Shown here: in pieces, positions 54,801 through 64,000 of the stretch
Position numbering within the stretch: the stretch's first letter is position 1
Layout: each line of letters begins with the position of its first letter
NCBI GenBank assembly: GCA_951406725.2
Contig: OX597815.1
Location: 68,572,001-68,636,000 of the forward strand
Reading direction: 5' to 3'
From: Octopus vulgaris
Lineage: Eukaryota
Length of the DNA: 64,000 nucleotides
Notes under the pieces: model-generated
What the model was told of the DNA's origin: nothing
The model's database searches: none
What the model saw: only the letters and a program-made list of their open reading frames with translations
Program-made: the position numbers and the translations under genes

Positions 54801-57800
54801 TATCTGTGTATTGTATGGTCATGAAAACCGTGTTAGTTGTCTTGGTGTATCACCTGATGGTACAGCTCTGTGTACTGGTAGCTGGGATTACACACTAAAG
54901 GTTAGTATCTTATGCAATTTCACATACACATTGAATATTATTATTTTGTTTACAGCTGGCACTGTGGGAACACTTACTTCTCAAGTTATTGACTGGAGAT
55001 CACAACAATTTCATCTTCTGACAGTGTTCATTTTCTTGGTTATGTGTGCGCTTGTGTGTGTGTATGAGTAGATATTTGTAAGGAAAATAAATATATTCAC
55101 ATTTGTAAAATGTGAAGAAATATTTAATGAAGACAAATAGTATAACTTTGAAACAACATTCCATATTTACAGATATTTATTTATATTTTACATATTGAAC
55201 TGCTGGGTACTCTATTGATCATCTATTAACTAGATATCCCTGATTCAGATACCTTCCAACAATATCAACCTCTCCTGGGAATGTCTGGCTAATTTTATCT
55301 TCATTATCCATGCAATCACCAAACCATGTCAGATATAACTGTAATCATGTAGCAGTTATTTTGTTTAAGTACTTGCTGAGAATCTGGGCTTTCACAAACA
55401 TGCCTCTGCTACATGCCTCGTAAGGCATTTTCTGCTGCCAGGTAGGACATTGTGGATCTAGCTACAAACCCACTATACACTACCATCCTCTCTCGTCACA
55501 TGATTTTCTTTTATTTGTACACACCCACAGCAAAGTATTAGAGGGAGCAATTGGCCTTGCAGAAATTATTGTGGTGAGCAAAAGCTATTGAATTGAATTT
55601 GAAGGGCTTGGTGATATTTTCCAGGCTAAGTACTTCTTTATTGCAACTATGGGCGGACCAGTTGGAGGATTTAGGGAGTTAAGTGTTTGAGTTGTGTGAA
55701 GAACATGGGACATACTCAAGAAGATGGCTTCAGTTCCTTAGGAATGAAGTACATGCACTGCTAGTTTTTGCCAGAACTCTGACCAATTAGCTAACCTGAA
55801 GTGCCAAAGAGGTTGAGATTAGTAAATAGTTGTGTGGTGTCTAGTTGTAAATAGATGGTGGTTTGCTGACTCACACATACCATTTCCTCTTCAGAATTAT
55901 GTGATTGGCAATATAGAGGACTAACATTACTTTTACTATAGTAATTAAAATATTTAATGTTTGTAAAGTAGTAAAGGCATTATTTGATATCTAAAAGTAG
56001 TGATATAGGTAGCAGTAACATCACTCTGACCAGACGTGCTCCTGCTCTACAGGGGCAAAAAACAATCATTATGGTTGCACTTACAGCACCCTGGAGGACT
56101 AACTGATCATTTCTCACCAGCTGAAGAAAGCCAAATATCAAGACTTAGCTGACAAAACTCTTGTCAAGAATGGCATGCAGCCTCATTCCCTATTGAAGTA
56201 AGTTTCCATAGCTTTCCAGTTAGATGGATATATTTCCTGCAGAAGATTGGTCTGTAACCCAAACTGAAGAAAGCTATCAAGTAGATAAGGCATGGCAACA
56301 GAATCCAGATTAGGATTAGTCTTGACAAGAGACCTTAGGTGGAATCCTGTAGGTGCAGCATACAGGCTAAGGGGCAAAGCACTTGTGACCCTGAGATACC
56401 TGATGATAATATGGAAAAGTCTGTCATGTTGCAGTGGATTCAGAAGATCTTGCAATACCTTTGAGTAGCTCCTGAATGAAGCAAAGTATCCCTGATGTTT
56501 ATTTCACTCTTTAATTATATTGTTTTTATTTCACTTTTTATTATATTGTTTTTATGTGAAGTTATTTGTATAAAAATTTTTTATCATTATACGTCAAAAT
56601 CACTGTCAGTGTTCCTTGTAACATTTGATATAAATATTTCACAATGTAATTGCGTGCAAGAATACCAGACATTTGATTGCTGAGTCGTGACTTCAAACAT
56701 TTTTTTTTCCATTTTTGCATTACAACTGTGGGAAAGACAAATAAATTTCACCCCCTCCTTCATGGTTGAGATATTAATGATAGGGGTTGCTATTCAGATG
56801 TAAAATGCTAAATCATGCACTTCAAGACTGAACTATAATTTCAGTAATCTAGACTAAATTGTCTTACACATTATTATTATTATCATCATCATCATTTTAA
56901 CACCCACTTTTCCATGCTTGCATGGGTCACACAAAATTTGTTGCAACAGATTTCCTACAGCCAAGTGCCTTTCCTGTTGCCAATCTTCACTTGTTTTCAA
57001 GCAAGGCAATATCTCCCCATGGCCAGACCTGTTTTTCACAGAAGATCGGAATCGAGCAACACCGCTTGTATGATGGTGATGCTCATATACAGCCATTATG
57101 TGATATCAGACAATGATATACAAACACAAACTTCTATATAAATATTATATATATGTATATATGTGTGTAAGTGATTCTTTCAGTTTCCATCCACCAAATC
57201 CACTCACTAGCTTTAGTCAGCCTCGGCCTATAGTTTAAGACTCTGGTCCAAGGTACCACATTACGTGATTGAACCTGAAACCATGTGATTGGGAAGCAAT
57301 CTACTTAGCCACACGACCATACTGGTATTTTCAGTATAAGAATTATTATAAAATAAGCCCACATCAGACTGTCCTACTGAATGCAAAACAACCAAAATAA
57401 AGTAAAATAAAAAAAATACAAACATGTTTGAAAAGTTTTGATTTATTTTTACAAAATTAAAATAAAAATCTCTTGTTATATTTGTAATATAAATTAAGAG
57501 ATGCTTATCAAACTCATGGATTGTTAAAGCATCTAATATTTTCATTTTGTGGAAAAATTTCCTCTACCTGTCTCATTCAATATGTCTCCCACTTTTCTTT
57601 TTCTCTTTCTCTCTGTCTCTTCCCTTTCACTCACTTATACAGTAGTGTCTTGCATATGTAATACAGTAACTTGCAAAAAAACCTTCAATCAATTAAGATT
57701 AAGCAAATAATTAGTGCACCTGAAGAGGTGTATATAGAAAACAGTCAAGGGAGTTAATTCCAATATGATGAGTTGCTAAAAAATATTTGATAGAAGTACA

Positions 57801-58517
57801 TTTGCAAATTTGAGGTGGGCGTTTGAGAGAGGATCAGGTTGTCTTTAAAGCCAACTTTTATCAATCAGCTTTAAAGACCAGATCCTTGTTTAAAAAGCTT
57901 TCACCACCTAATCATATTGGAGTTAACTCCCTTGACTATTGTTTTCAGATTTTAAACATCTCCAGAGGAAGTTTTGTCCACTAATAGATAGTATAGGTAA
58001 TCTCTGTTAACGAGAAAAAAACTGTTGTAACTCATTGTTTTACATATATAAGATCCTGCTATATTTGTATTTAGTATATGGTGCTGATGAGGCTATGTGG
58101 CTAAGAAGCTTGCTTCCCACTATGTGGCCCCTTGGCAAGTGTTTTCTACTATAGCCTTGGATTTCGTAGATGGGAACTAAAAGAAGCCCATTGTGTGTGT
58201 GTTTGTGTGTACCTTAGTCTTGACATATGTTTGTTGTAAATGAATATGAGCAGTATACAAGCAATGTTGTTCATTTCTAGTCTTCTGTAGAAAACCTGTC
58301 TAGCTAAGAGAAAATATTATTTTGGTTGATAACAGGAAGATCAATCTTGCCAAAAAAAAAATCTGTCTCGACAAATTTCATCTGACTCATCCAAGCATGG
58401 AAAAGTGGACATTAAATGATGATGAGATACCCCTAATGAGGTATTTTCCTTCAACTGCTATCTTGACAAAAGTGACTTTCATGGAATTCTTTCTTCTTTT
58501 TCCAGGTTTGGGCTTGA
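26300..58517 (+). CDS. GNB5: Guanine nucleotide-binding protein subunit beta-5 (Gbeta5), spliced, 5'-partial; 9 coding exons in window
   Basis: Exons 26300-26436, 31327-31368, 40597-40673, 47756-47882, 48343-48486, 51594-51734, 53603-53699, 54734-54900 and 58506-58517 have AG acceptors and (except the last) GT donors, and join in frame (944 nt). The translation has Gbeta5-specific motifs: [64 protein letters not shown]. Confidence 0.97.
27448..28265 (-). mobile_element. Degenerate mariner (DD34D-type) transposon, one TIR, 5'-truncated
   Basis: TA|TTGGGTTATCCCATAAATAATGCAGTTTTTT TIR. Minus strand reads VEELAEKLG..., [52 protein letters not shown]. Confidence 0.85.
28400..29045 (-). mobile_element. 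R4/Dong-like non-LTR retrotransposon 3' fragment (restriction-like endonuclease)
   Basis: [36 protein letters not shown]...EKMEKY is the RLE PD..D motif. Confidence 0.8.
29060..29395 (+). mobile_element. CR1/L2-group LINE 3' end with (ATT)n tail
   Basis: Homologous to 1350-1630; ends gcacctgagcactgtatacaataatttcattattatt. Confidence 0.65.
31327..31368 (+). CDS. GNB5: GNB5 coding exon (42 nt): [14 protein letters not shown]
   Basis: tttcag| ... AAG|gtcagt; continues frame of previous exon. Confidence 0.95.
33095..33385 (-). mobile_element. Second tRNA-derived SINE family (CORE/Meta-like body)
   Basis: Minus strand gactcagtggctagagtgtcagg...gagttcaattcc...ttgagcaagacactttatttcatgctgctccagctcactcagctgta; related copy at about 16975-17130(+). 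Confidence 0.6.
33474..34047 (+). mobile_element. Non-autonomous Helitron (574 bp)
   Basis: A|TCTATACATATAAA 5' end; GC-rich subterminal ccgatcgggcgaaaccggg then CTAG|T 3' end; inserted between A and T, no TSD. Confidence 0.7.
34059..36327 (-). mobile_element. Young 5'-truncated RTE-type LINE (RT + PHD finger + C-terminal domain + 3'UTR + (GAT)n tail), one nonsense codon
   Basis: ORFs 34924..36219 and 34303..34848 share a frame and are separated only by TGA at 34924-34926. RT motifs [59 protein letters not shown]; CpG-rich. Confidence 0.95.
36388..37806. repeat. ~190-bp inverted duplication (36388-36577 / 37619-37806) enclosing a second ~80-bp inverted repeat (36882-36960 / 37180-37257)
   Basis: Direct reverse-complement comparison; the outer arms include non-SINE flank as well as a SINE head. 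Confidence 0.9.
37220..37271 (+). ncRNA. Degenerate minimal type-I hammerhead ribozyme (Penelope-like element pLTR relic)
   Basis: atggatg-CTGATGA-a-tggg-caaaaact-ccc-AAAA-tatggcata-TA-cacccat. The inverted partner (36882-36920, minus strand) supplies GATGGGTG and CCGAAA, so the consensus is a canonical core. Confidence 0.6.
40597..40673 (+). CDS. GNB5: GNB5 coding exon (77 nt): [26 protein letters not shown]
   Basis: ttttag| ... GG|gtaagt. Confidence 0.96.
43014..43203. mobile_element. Short MITE-like element with perfect 20-bp terminal inverted repeats
   Basis: agtatcaggtgtgttatgag (43014-43033) / ctcataacacacctgatact (43184-43203); TA-TCAGGTGT end resembles Tc1/mariner termini. Confidence 0.6.
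43530..43810. repeat. Imperfect ~100-bp inverted repeat
   Basis: taccattggtttcatattaagaaatatcttaa (43559-43590) / ttaagatatttcttaacatgaaaccaatggta (43751-43782), extending imperfectly on both sides. Confidence 0.8.
44421..46584 (-). mobile_element. Internally deleted Helitron carrying PIF1-type helicase remnants
   Basis: ORF 45079..45549 [16 protein letters not shown]...IMLLRNL...GHCKGTR...IPRI...[13 protein letters not shown], continuing [13 protein letters not shown]. 3' hairpin ending TTAG|T at 44421-44458; 5' end resembles T(C)TATACTATA at about 46584. Boundaries are less certain than the helicase call. Confidence 0.75.
47442..47666. mobile_element. piggyBac-like MITE (degenerate)
   Basis: Ends tcaactctttagcatt... 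/ ...aatgttaaatggttaa resemble TTAA-CCCTTTAGCATT / AATGCTAAAGGG-TTAA. Confidence 0.4.
47756..47882 (+). CDS. GNB5: GNB5 coding exon (127 nt): [42 protein letters not shown]
   Basis: polypyrimidine tract + tacag| ... CAG|gtaaac. Confidence 0.95.
48343..48486 (+). CDS. GNB5: GNB5 coding exon (144 nt): [48 protein letters not shown]
   Basis: tttttag| ... GGA|gtaagt. Confidence 0.96.
48850..50790 (-). mobile_element. Degenerate RTE-type LINE (RT to 3' tail)
   Basis: Aligns to the young copy: ccaccagataaggga, gagctcctctat, PHD remnant about 50240-50380, cagcatgctctgctggatgtgc, tail ttaacgtccatcttccatgttggcatgggttggacgg. Confidence 0.8.
51594..51734 (+). CDS. GNB5: GNB5 coding exon (141 nt): [47 protein letters not shown]
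   Basis: gacag| ... ACG|gttagt; overlaps ORF-track 51612..51872. Confidence 0.96.
53603..53699 (+). CDS. GNB5: GNB5 coding exon (97 nt): [32 protein letters not shown](G)
   Basis: tttttgcag| ... G|gtaagt. Confidence 0.95.
54734..54900 (+). CDS. GNB5: GNB5 coding exon (167 nt): [55 protein letters not shown]
   Basis: gtgtag| ... AAG|gttagt; overlaps ORF-track 54811..55071. Confidence 0.96.
56010..56310 (+). mobile_element. Hero/NeSL-like non-LTR RLE fragment
   Basis: Frameshifted TSL*PDVLL...[12 protein letters not shown]...KKAKYQDLA...[10 protein letters not shown] matches the LRPD...ELTVPWE...K..KY...PIEVG pattern. Confidence 0.55.
58506..58517 (+). CDS. GNB5: GNB5 terminal coding segment: VWA*
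   Basis: long pyrimidine tract ttctttcttctttttccag|GTT TGG GCT TGA supplies the conserved Gbeta5 C-terminus. Confidence 0.9.
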   Translation, partial: VWA

Positions 58518-59059
58518 AACCAACAGGCTGCTCTGCTAGATTAATATTTTGCAAGTATTTTCCGCATCTGCAAGAGGTCCAATTTACCATCACCTCCTTG
58601 AAAAATTTCTTGTTATTTTGATTCTATTCATCGACTTGCCTCTTACACAACAACAACAACAACAGCAGCAGCAGTAACAACAGAAAAAACAGCAGTAGCA
58701 ACAATATCACTAATATTATTAGGTTGACCAATGTCCAAATCTGGCTACTGTTCAAGTCCTGCCAATTAATGATAGCTGATTGAGATTCATTTTGTGTGTA
58801 TGCATGAGACTGCTTTGTGTTTGAATGTGCATATATATATATACACACACACACATGATTATATACATACATACATACATACATACATACATACTTACAT
58901 ACATGTGTTATATGTATAATGATCTATTCAATATGTATGTGTGTGTGCACAAAGTCTAAATAACAAAAGATAAACACAATTCACTTCTATTTTCTGTTTT
59001 CCTGAATATATAAAAAACTACATGAATGTGCGATCACACACGCACAAGTATATATACCT

Positions 59060-59095
<36 letters not shown>

Positions 59096-59136
59096 ATGTA
59101 TATATATGTGTGTGTATGTATATATATGTGTGTATA

Positions 59137-59182
<46 letters not shown>

Positions 59183-59698
59183 GGTTTGTATATATATATA
59201 TGTGTGTGTGTATATAGATATAGGTATGTATATATATATGCGTGTGTGTGTGTATATATATACACACATATATAAAACTTGTTAGTATTTCTAAGGTATT
59301 TAAAGATATCAAACCAGAGCACTCTAGATGTATTCTTAGTACTTTTTTAAGACTGGAATTTTTCATTTATATATATAAACATGCTCATTTCATTCCTCTC
59401 ATACGTTCCAGTTGATTGCTATTTATAGTAAGGATTCACAGGAAACTGTCTCAGCAGAATAAGCAACTAATCACAAAAATATCTACATGCACTAGAAAGT
59501 TTACCATAAAGGAGATATTGCATATGCTACTATTATATCAATGCATTCAGGATTAATTCTTTGTATTTATTTCGTGCAGATGTTGTTCATAATCCCAACT
59601 AATTTCCTGTAGGTAGTGGAGCACTCTCAGTAAATAAATACCTCAATTAGATGAATTAAGATGTGGCTTATGAGATTTATGTGTCTAGGTGCCCCGTG

Positions 59699-59762
<64 letters not shown>

Positions 59763-60311
59763 CATATATCTTATTCTTTGACAAGAATAGTATTGATAGT
59801 AACTTCAAAATTTCAGCCAGCTAAGCCATCACTGGACTAGCCAAAACTTCAAAGTTACTGTCAATACTATTCTTGTTTAATAAGTCTATACTTTACAAAA
59901 GTATGGTATACCTTTCAGGTTAATTGTCATTATTATAACTGAGTGTGAAAACAAACATTAACATATATATATAACTTTGATAGGTTTCAGCTAGTATAGG
60001 CCCAGGCCGTGTTTAATTTCATAGCACCACCAGATATATATATGTATGTATATGAGAGAGAGAGATTAGTTGATGATGTATGCATTTGATGTGCTTGTTG
60101 GCTGTGAATCTTTTCTATGTTGAGTTTTCCAAATTGTCTGTGATTGAAATTCTAGTCCCCATAGAGTTAAACTTGTTAAGGGTTTTTTTTGTTTACCGTG
60201 GTTTTGTTCTATATTTTATAAACCATACATTGATATTGTCTGATTCTAATTTTGGTAAGGGTAATACTTGTTTCACGGTTTCTAGTTTATCGAGCATTGT
60301 ATGTGTAGCAT

Positions 60312-60353
<42 letters not shown>

Positions 60354-62440
60354 TACATGTATGTCATCATCATCATTATTATTTTTATTGTTTTTCATGC
60401 TGACATGATTTGAACAAGTTATCATCACAGTCTACATCATTTTGAGATTCAAATCTAAAAGTCACTCATTTGTTTTTCTGCCTCAAGTGTATTACTTATA
60501 TTCAGGAAGGTACAGTGAGAGTAAACTATTTACATCCATTGTCCTAGCTAACTTATGTGTAACTCTAATAATGTTATATTTTTCTATAGTAGCCATTGTG
60601 TGTGTGTTATTTAATAGCTCTAATAATGTTATATTTTTCTATGGAAGTAATAATATATTACATGGTTGATACAACTGACAGACATGCACTCTGTGGAATT
60701 ACAACTGTCAATCTTTATTATGGAAGGCCAGAATGTTATAGTTCCATTATTGAGATACTTTCTTCAATTATTCAATGTAAACATTCTATAAATAAATAAT
60801 CAATAATGATTATTTATAGATACTGTTGTCATCAAAATGTCAATATAAACTCCCCACAAATTATGCCTCTGTTCCTGAAACTCTACAATTATTGTAATGA
60901 ATGGTCACTGTTTACATGTTTCTCTTGAGAGAACGAGAGTATCTGATAACAAAAGTATTTAAATGGAATTATTTATGTCTTATATATCCTTCCATACTTG
61001 TTGACGTTTTACAGATTATATGCTTTTACAACTTACACCAGTAAAATTCATAAGTCACTTTCAAATTTACTTTTTATTTTGAAGATATGTGAATATTTAT
61101 AATGCATTTTAGACAGAAATTATAATAAGTCTGACTAAAATTCTTTTTCTCTGTATCATAATACTAACAAAAAAAAAACAAAAAACACTATTGTACAAAA
61201 GAGAGATTTTCTAGGATTGTATAACTTATAGTTAGTGGTACACATAACATATAAATAGATTGGTATGTTTCATCTTCGGTATGGTTTCTAAGGCTGGTTG
61301 CTCTCCCTATCACCAACTACTTCATAGGGTGTACCGAGTGTATTTTTTCCTACCACTGGAACTAAATGTATTATCCTATCTAGAATTGCCTTTCTCTGTG
61401 GCTCTTTTGGAATCCATTGCTTATTTTGAGCTGGATGCTCATACAGTATTGACTGTTACATTTTGTGCCATCAACATGAGAGGGATGTGTGTCCTGATTA
61501 AAGTAGTCCCTTCCACTTTGTATATTTTTATTCAACTTAACTCCTCTCCCAGCTTGGTTGCTTTCACTCCAGCTCACAGAGTCCACATTTTCCATGAGAT
61601 TATGTTGAACCCTTTCACATACTTTCAAGTATATTTAAAGTGCCCTGTCTTCTAGGTGGGTTTCCTTCACTACACCTATGTCATAAACTCCCTAATGTTG
61701 TTAGTGAAAAGCATCCAAAAAAGACTATGCAAATAATAAAAGTAAAAAACAGAATAAATAGAAAACATGTGGACTTTGCAAACTACAGCAAATACAACAC
61801 ATCTGGAAAGAAGAGTAATAACTATGTATAAAAACTGATACAGGATTGAAATGAGCTTTTAACTCTGTGACAAGACAAGCTTTCCTGTAACAGTGAAACA
61901 GTAAAATACTCATCTCGTGCTCTACTGTTGGTGAGAAAGGTACACACTAGAACAAAAATCTATGAGTTTCTCTTCTGCTGTAACAGATGGTAAAAGACTG
62001 ATAAGTAGCGAAAAACTGTTGGAACAGAACCATTGACTTTAAGGCAGCATGACAAAACAGATATATAATAATTCTGATGATGATTTTACACATATATGCA
62101 TAATTGTGTGTGTGTGTGTGTATGTAAATAGATAATTAAGAAATTATGATAGAAAACAGAGTTCTATACTCTTCAGTAGCAGTTGTATATTAAAACAATT
62201 TAACATTAATCTTGAACAAAACCATTGACTTTAAGGCAGCATGAAAAAACAGATATATAATAATTCTGATGATGATTTTACTCATATATGCATAATTGTG
62301 TGTGTGTGTAAATAGATAAAATAAGAAATTATGATAGAAAACAGAGTTCTATACTCTTCAGTAGCAGTTGTATATTAAAACAATTTAACATTAAGCTTGA
62401 ACGATCACTCAATAAGTTTTAATAAAATTCATGTTTCTTA
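58518..62440 (+). other. GNB5: Probable long GNB5 3'UTR (end uncertain)
   Basis: Follows the stop; almost free of the recognisable SINE/LINE copies that pack the introns; several AATAAA hexamers, e.g. 62421-62426. Confidence 0.45.
62022..62402 (+). repeat. Tandem duplication, 2 x ~192 bp
   Basis: accattgactttaaggcagcatga starts at 62029 and 62221; copies differ by a few substitutions and TG-repeat length. Confidence 0.92.
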
Positions 62441-62864
62441 AACTTTTACAAAGTTGACTGTAACTTTTTAAAATTTCAGATTACCAGTTGTTCACAGACT
62501 GTCTGATGATTGCTAGTAAGCCAAAACTTTAAAGGCACAGTCAACATTTCCCTTATAAAAATTTATAAATATGTGTATGTACAAGTAAGTATGTACTTGT
62601 GTATGTGTTTGTTAAATCTTTAGTAGAGATACTTCAGGCATATAATTAGACATGAACAAGCAAAAAATGCATATTTAAGGAGACACTTCTTCCCTCGAAT
62701 TCAGTGTGTGTGTAAATAGAGAAGCAAGTGTATGTATTTATGTGCTCTGAAACTTTTATGACTGGAAAACAAATAATCATTAGGACAGTAGCCAGATTTT
62801 ATTTATTTTATGTTTTGGCATGGCAATGTGGAGGGCTGTTACTCTATGTTGTTATGGGAGACAG

Positions 62865-62897
62865 TGTATGTATATGCATGTGTGTGTGTGTATATAA

Positions 62898-62931
<34 letters not shown>

Positions 62932-63010
62932 ATATGTATGTATATATGTGTGTATATGTATGTATATATGTGTGTATATGTATGTATATATGTATGTGTG
63001 TGTATGTATG

Positions 63011-63050
<40 letters not shown>

Positions 63051-63355
63051 ACATATATACATGTATGTGTATGTATGTATATATATATATATATATACAT
63101 GTATGTACATATATACATGTATGTATATGTATGTACATATATGTATGTGTATATATATATATATATATATATACATATGTATGTGTATATATATATATAT
63201 ATATACATATGTTTGTTTTTATATATATATATACATATATGTTTGTTTATATGTATATGTATAAATACATGTGTGTGTGTACATATGTATATAAGTATGT
63301 ATACATATGTGTGTGTATATATGTCTATAAATATGTGTATGTATGTATATATATG

Positions 63356-63386
<31 letters not shown>

Positions 63387-63400
63387 ATATGTATGTATAT
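62865..63400. repeat. ~540-bp compound (TA)/(TG)/(CA) microsatellite
   Basis: Near-continuous alternating purine-pyrimidine sequence; similar tracts at 18460-18640, 59060-59275, 59703-59756, 26895-26970. Confidence 0.95.
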
Positions 63401-63537
63401 AAAACTTATCACTCGTACAGTATAATAACAAATAATTTGGCCTCTAATGCAATTACATTAAGCAACGCTGTCACATTATACATTTAGGGTAATTTATTGT
63501 TACATTCTTTACTTTATCTGTTATGTAATAAATGTGT

Positions 63538-63593
<56 letters not shown>

Positions 63594-63734
63594 ACATATA
63601 CACACAGACATATATATGTGCACATACACATATCCACGTACTTACATATACAAATGTATGCATATAGACACAATACACCAGCACATATATTTATATAAAT
63701 GCAAGTATATATATATATATATATAAATGCCAGG

Positions 63735-63938
63735 CTCGCCTGACTGGCTCCTATGCCAGTGGCATGTAAAAAGCCCCCACTACACTCTCAGAGTGGTTGG
63801 CATTAGGAAGGGCATCCAGCTGTAGAAACATTGCCAGATCAGATTGGAGCCTGGTGCAACTGCTGGCTCTCCAGACTTCAGTCAAACCATCCAACCCATG
63901 CCAGCATGGAAAACAGACGTTAAACGATGATGATGATT
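63735..63938 (+). mobile_element. RTE LINE 3'-terminal fragment with (GAT)n tail
   Basis: ggttggcattaggaagggcatccagctgtagaaa...aacccatgccagcatggaaaacagacgttaaacgatgatgat; many more copies, e.g. 4530-4625(-), 12770-13110(-), 23640-23910(+), 38235-38470(-), 42590-42885(+), 51860-52100(+). Confidence 0.85.
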
Positions 63939-64000
63939 GATGTGTATATATATACACACACACACACATACATACATATACATTTATATACATAAACGTA

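Noticed and set aside
55260-55800. Moderately GC-richer segment that may be a retroelement relic
   Set aside because: No recognisable protein motif or second copy found by eye.
58084-58110. CTGATGAG-GCT-ATGT-GGC stem
   Set aside because: Decayed SINE head; lacks GAAA and helices I/III.
62728-63487. Long ORFs (178-225 aa) rich in Y/I/M/C/V/H/T, also at 18444-18783 and 58987-59366
   Set aside because: Translations of TA/TG/CA microsatellites, which lack stop codons; not genes.

Overview
AT-rich, microsatellite- and retroposon-dense eukaryotic DNA. The SINE/RTE repertoire suggests an octopus-like coleoid cephalopod (inference). The only host gene is a + strand G-protein beta-5 subunit (GNB5/Gbeta5, WD40 propeller). 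Nine GT-AG coding exons (26300-58517) splice in frame to about 314 aa ending ...[11 protein letters not shown]. The N-terminal ~37 aa exon(s) were not found and probably lie upstream of the window. A nearly transposon-free tract after the stop (~58.5-62.4 kb) is a probable long 3'UTR. The introns hold a young RTE-type LINE with a single nonsense codon and a PHD finger inside its RT ORF, older RTE/CR1/RLE-type LINE relics, three Tc1/mariner elements (DD36E, DD37D/maT, mariner), two Helitrons and many SINEs. The least expected signal is a set of local inverted repeats, several carrying decayed minimal type-I hammerhead ribozyme motifs (clearest at 36882-37271). These resemble Penelope-like pLTR/retrozyme relics and would form long intronic dsRNA. 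Most short ORFs in the supplied track are microsatellite or repeat noise.
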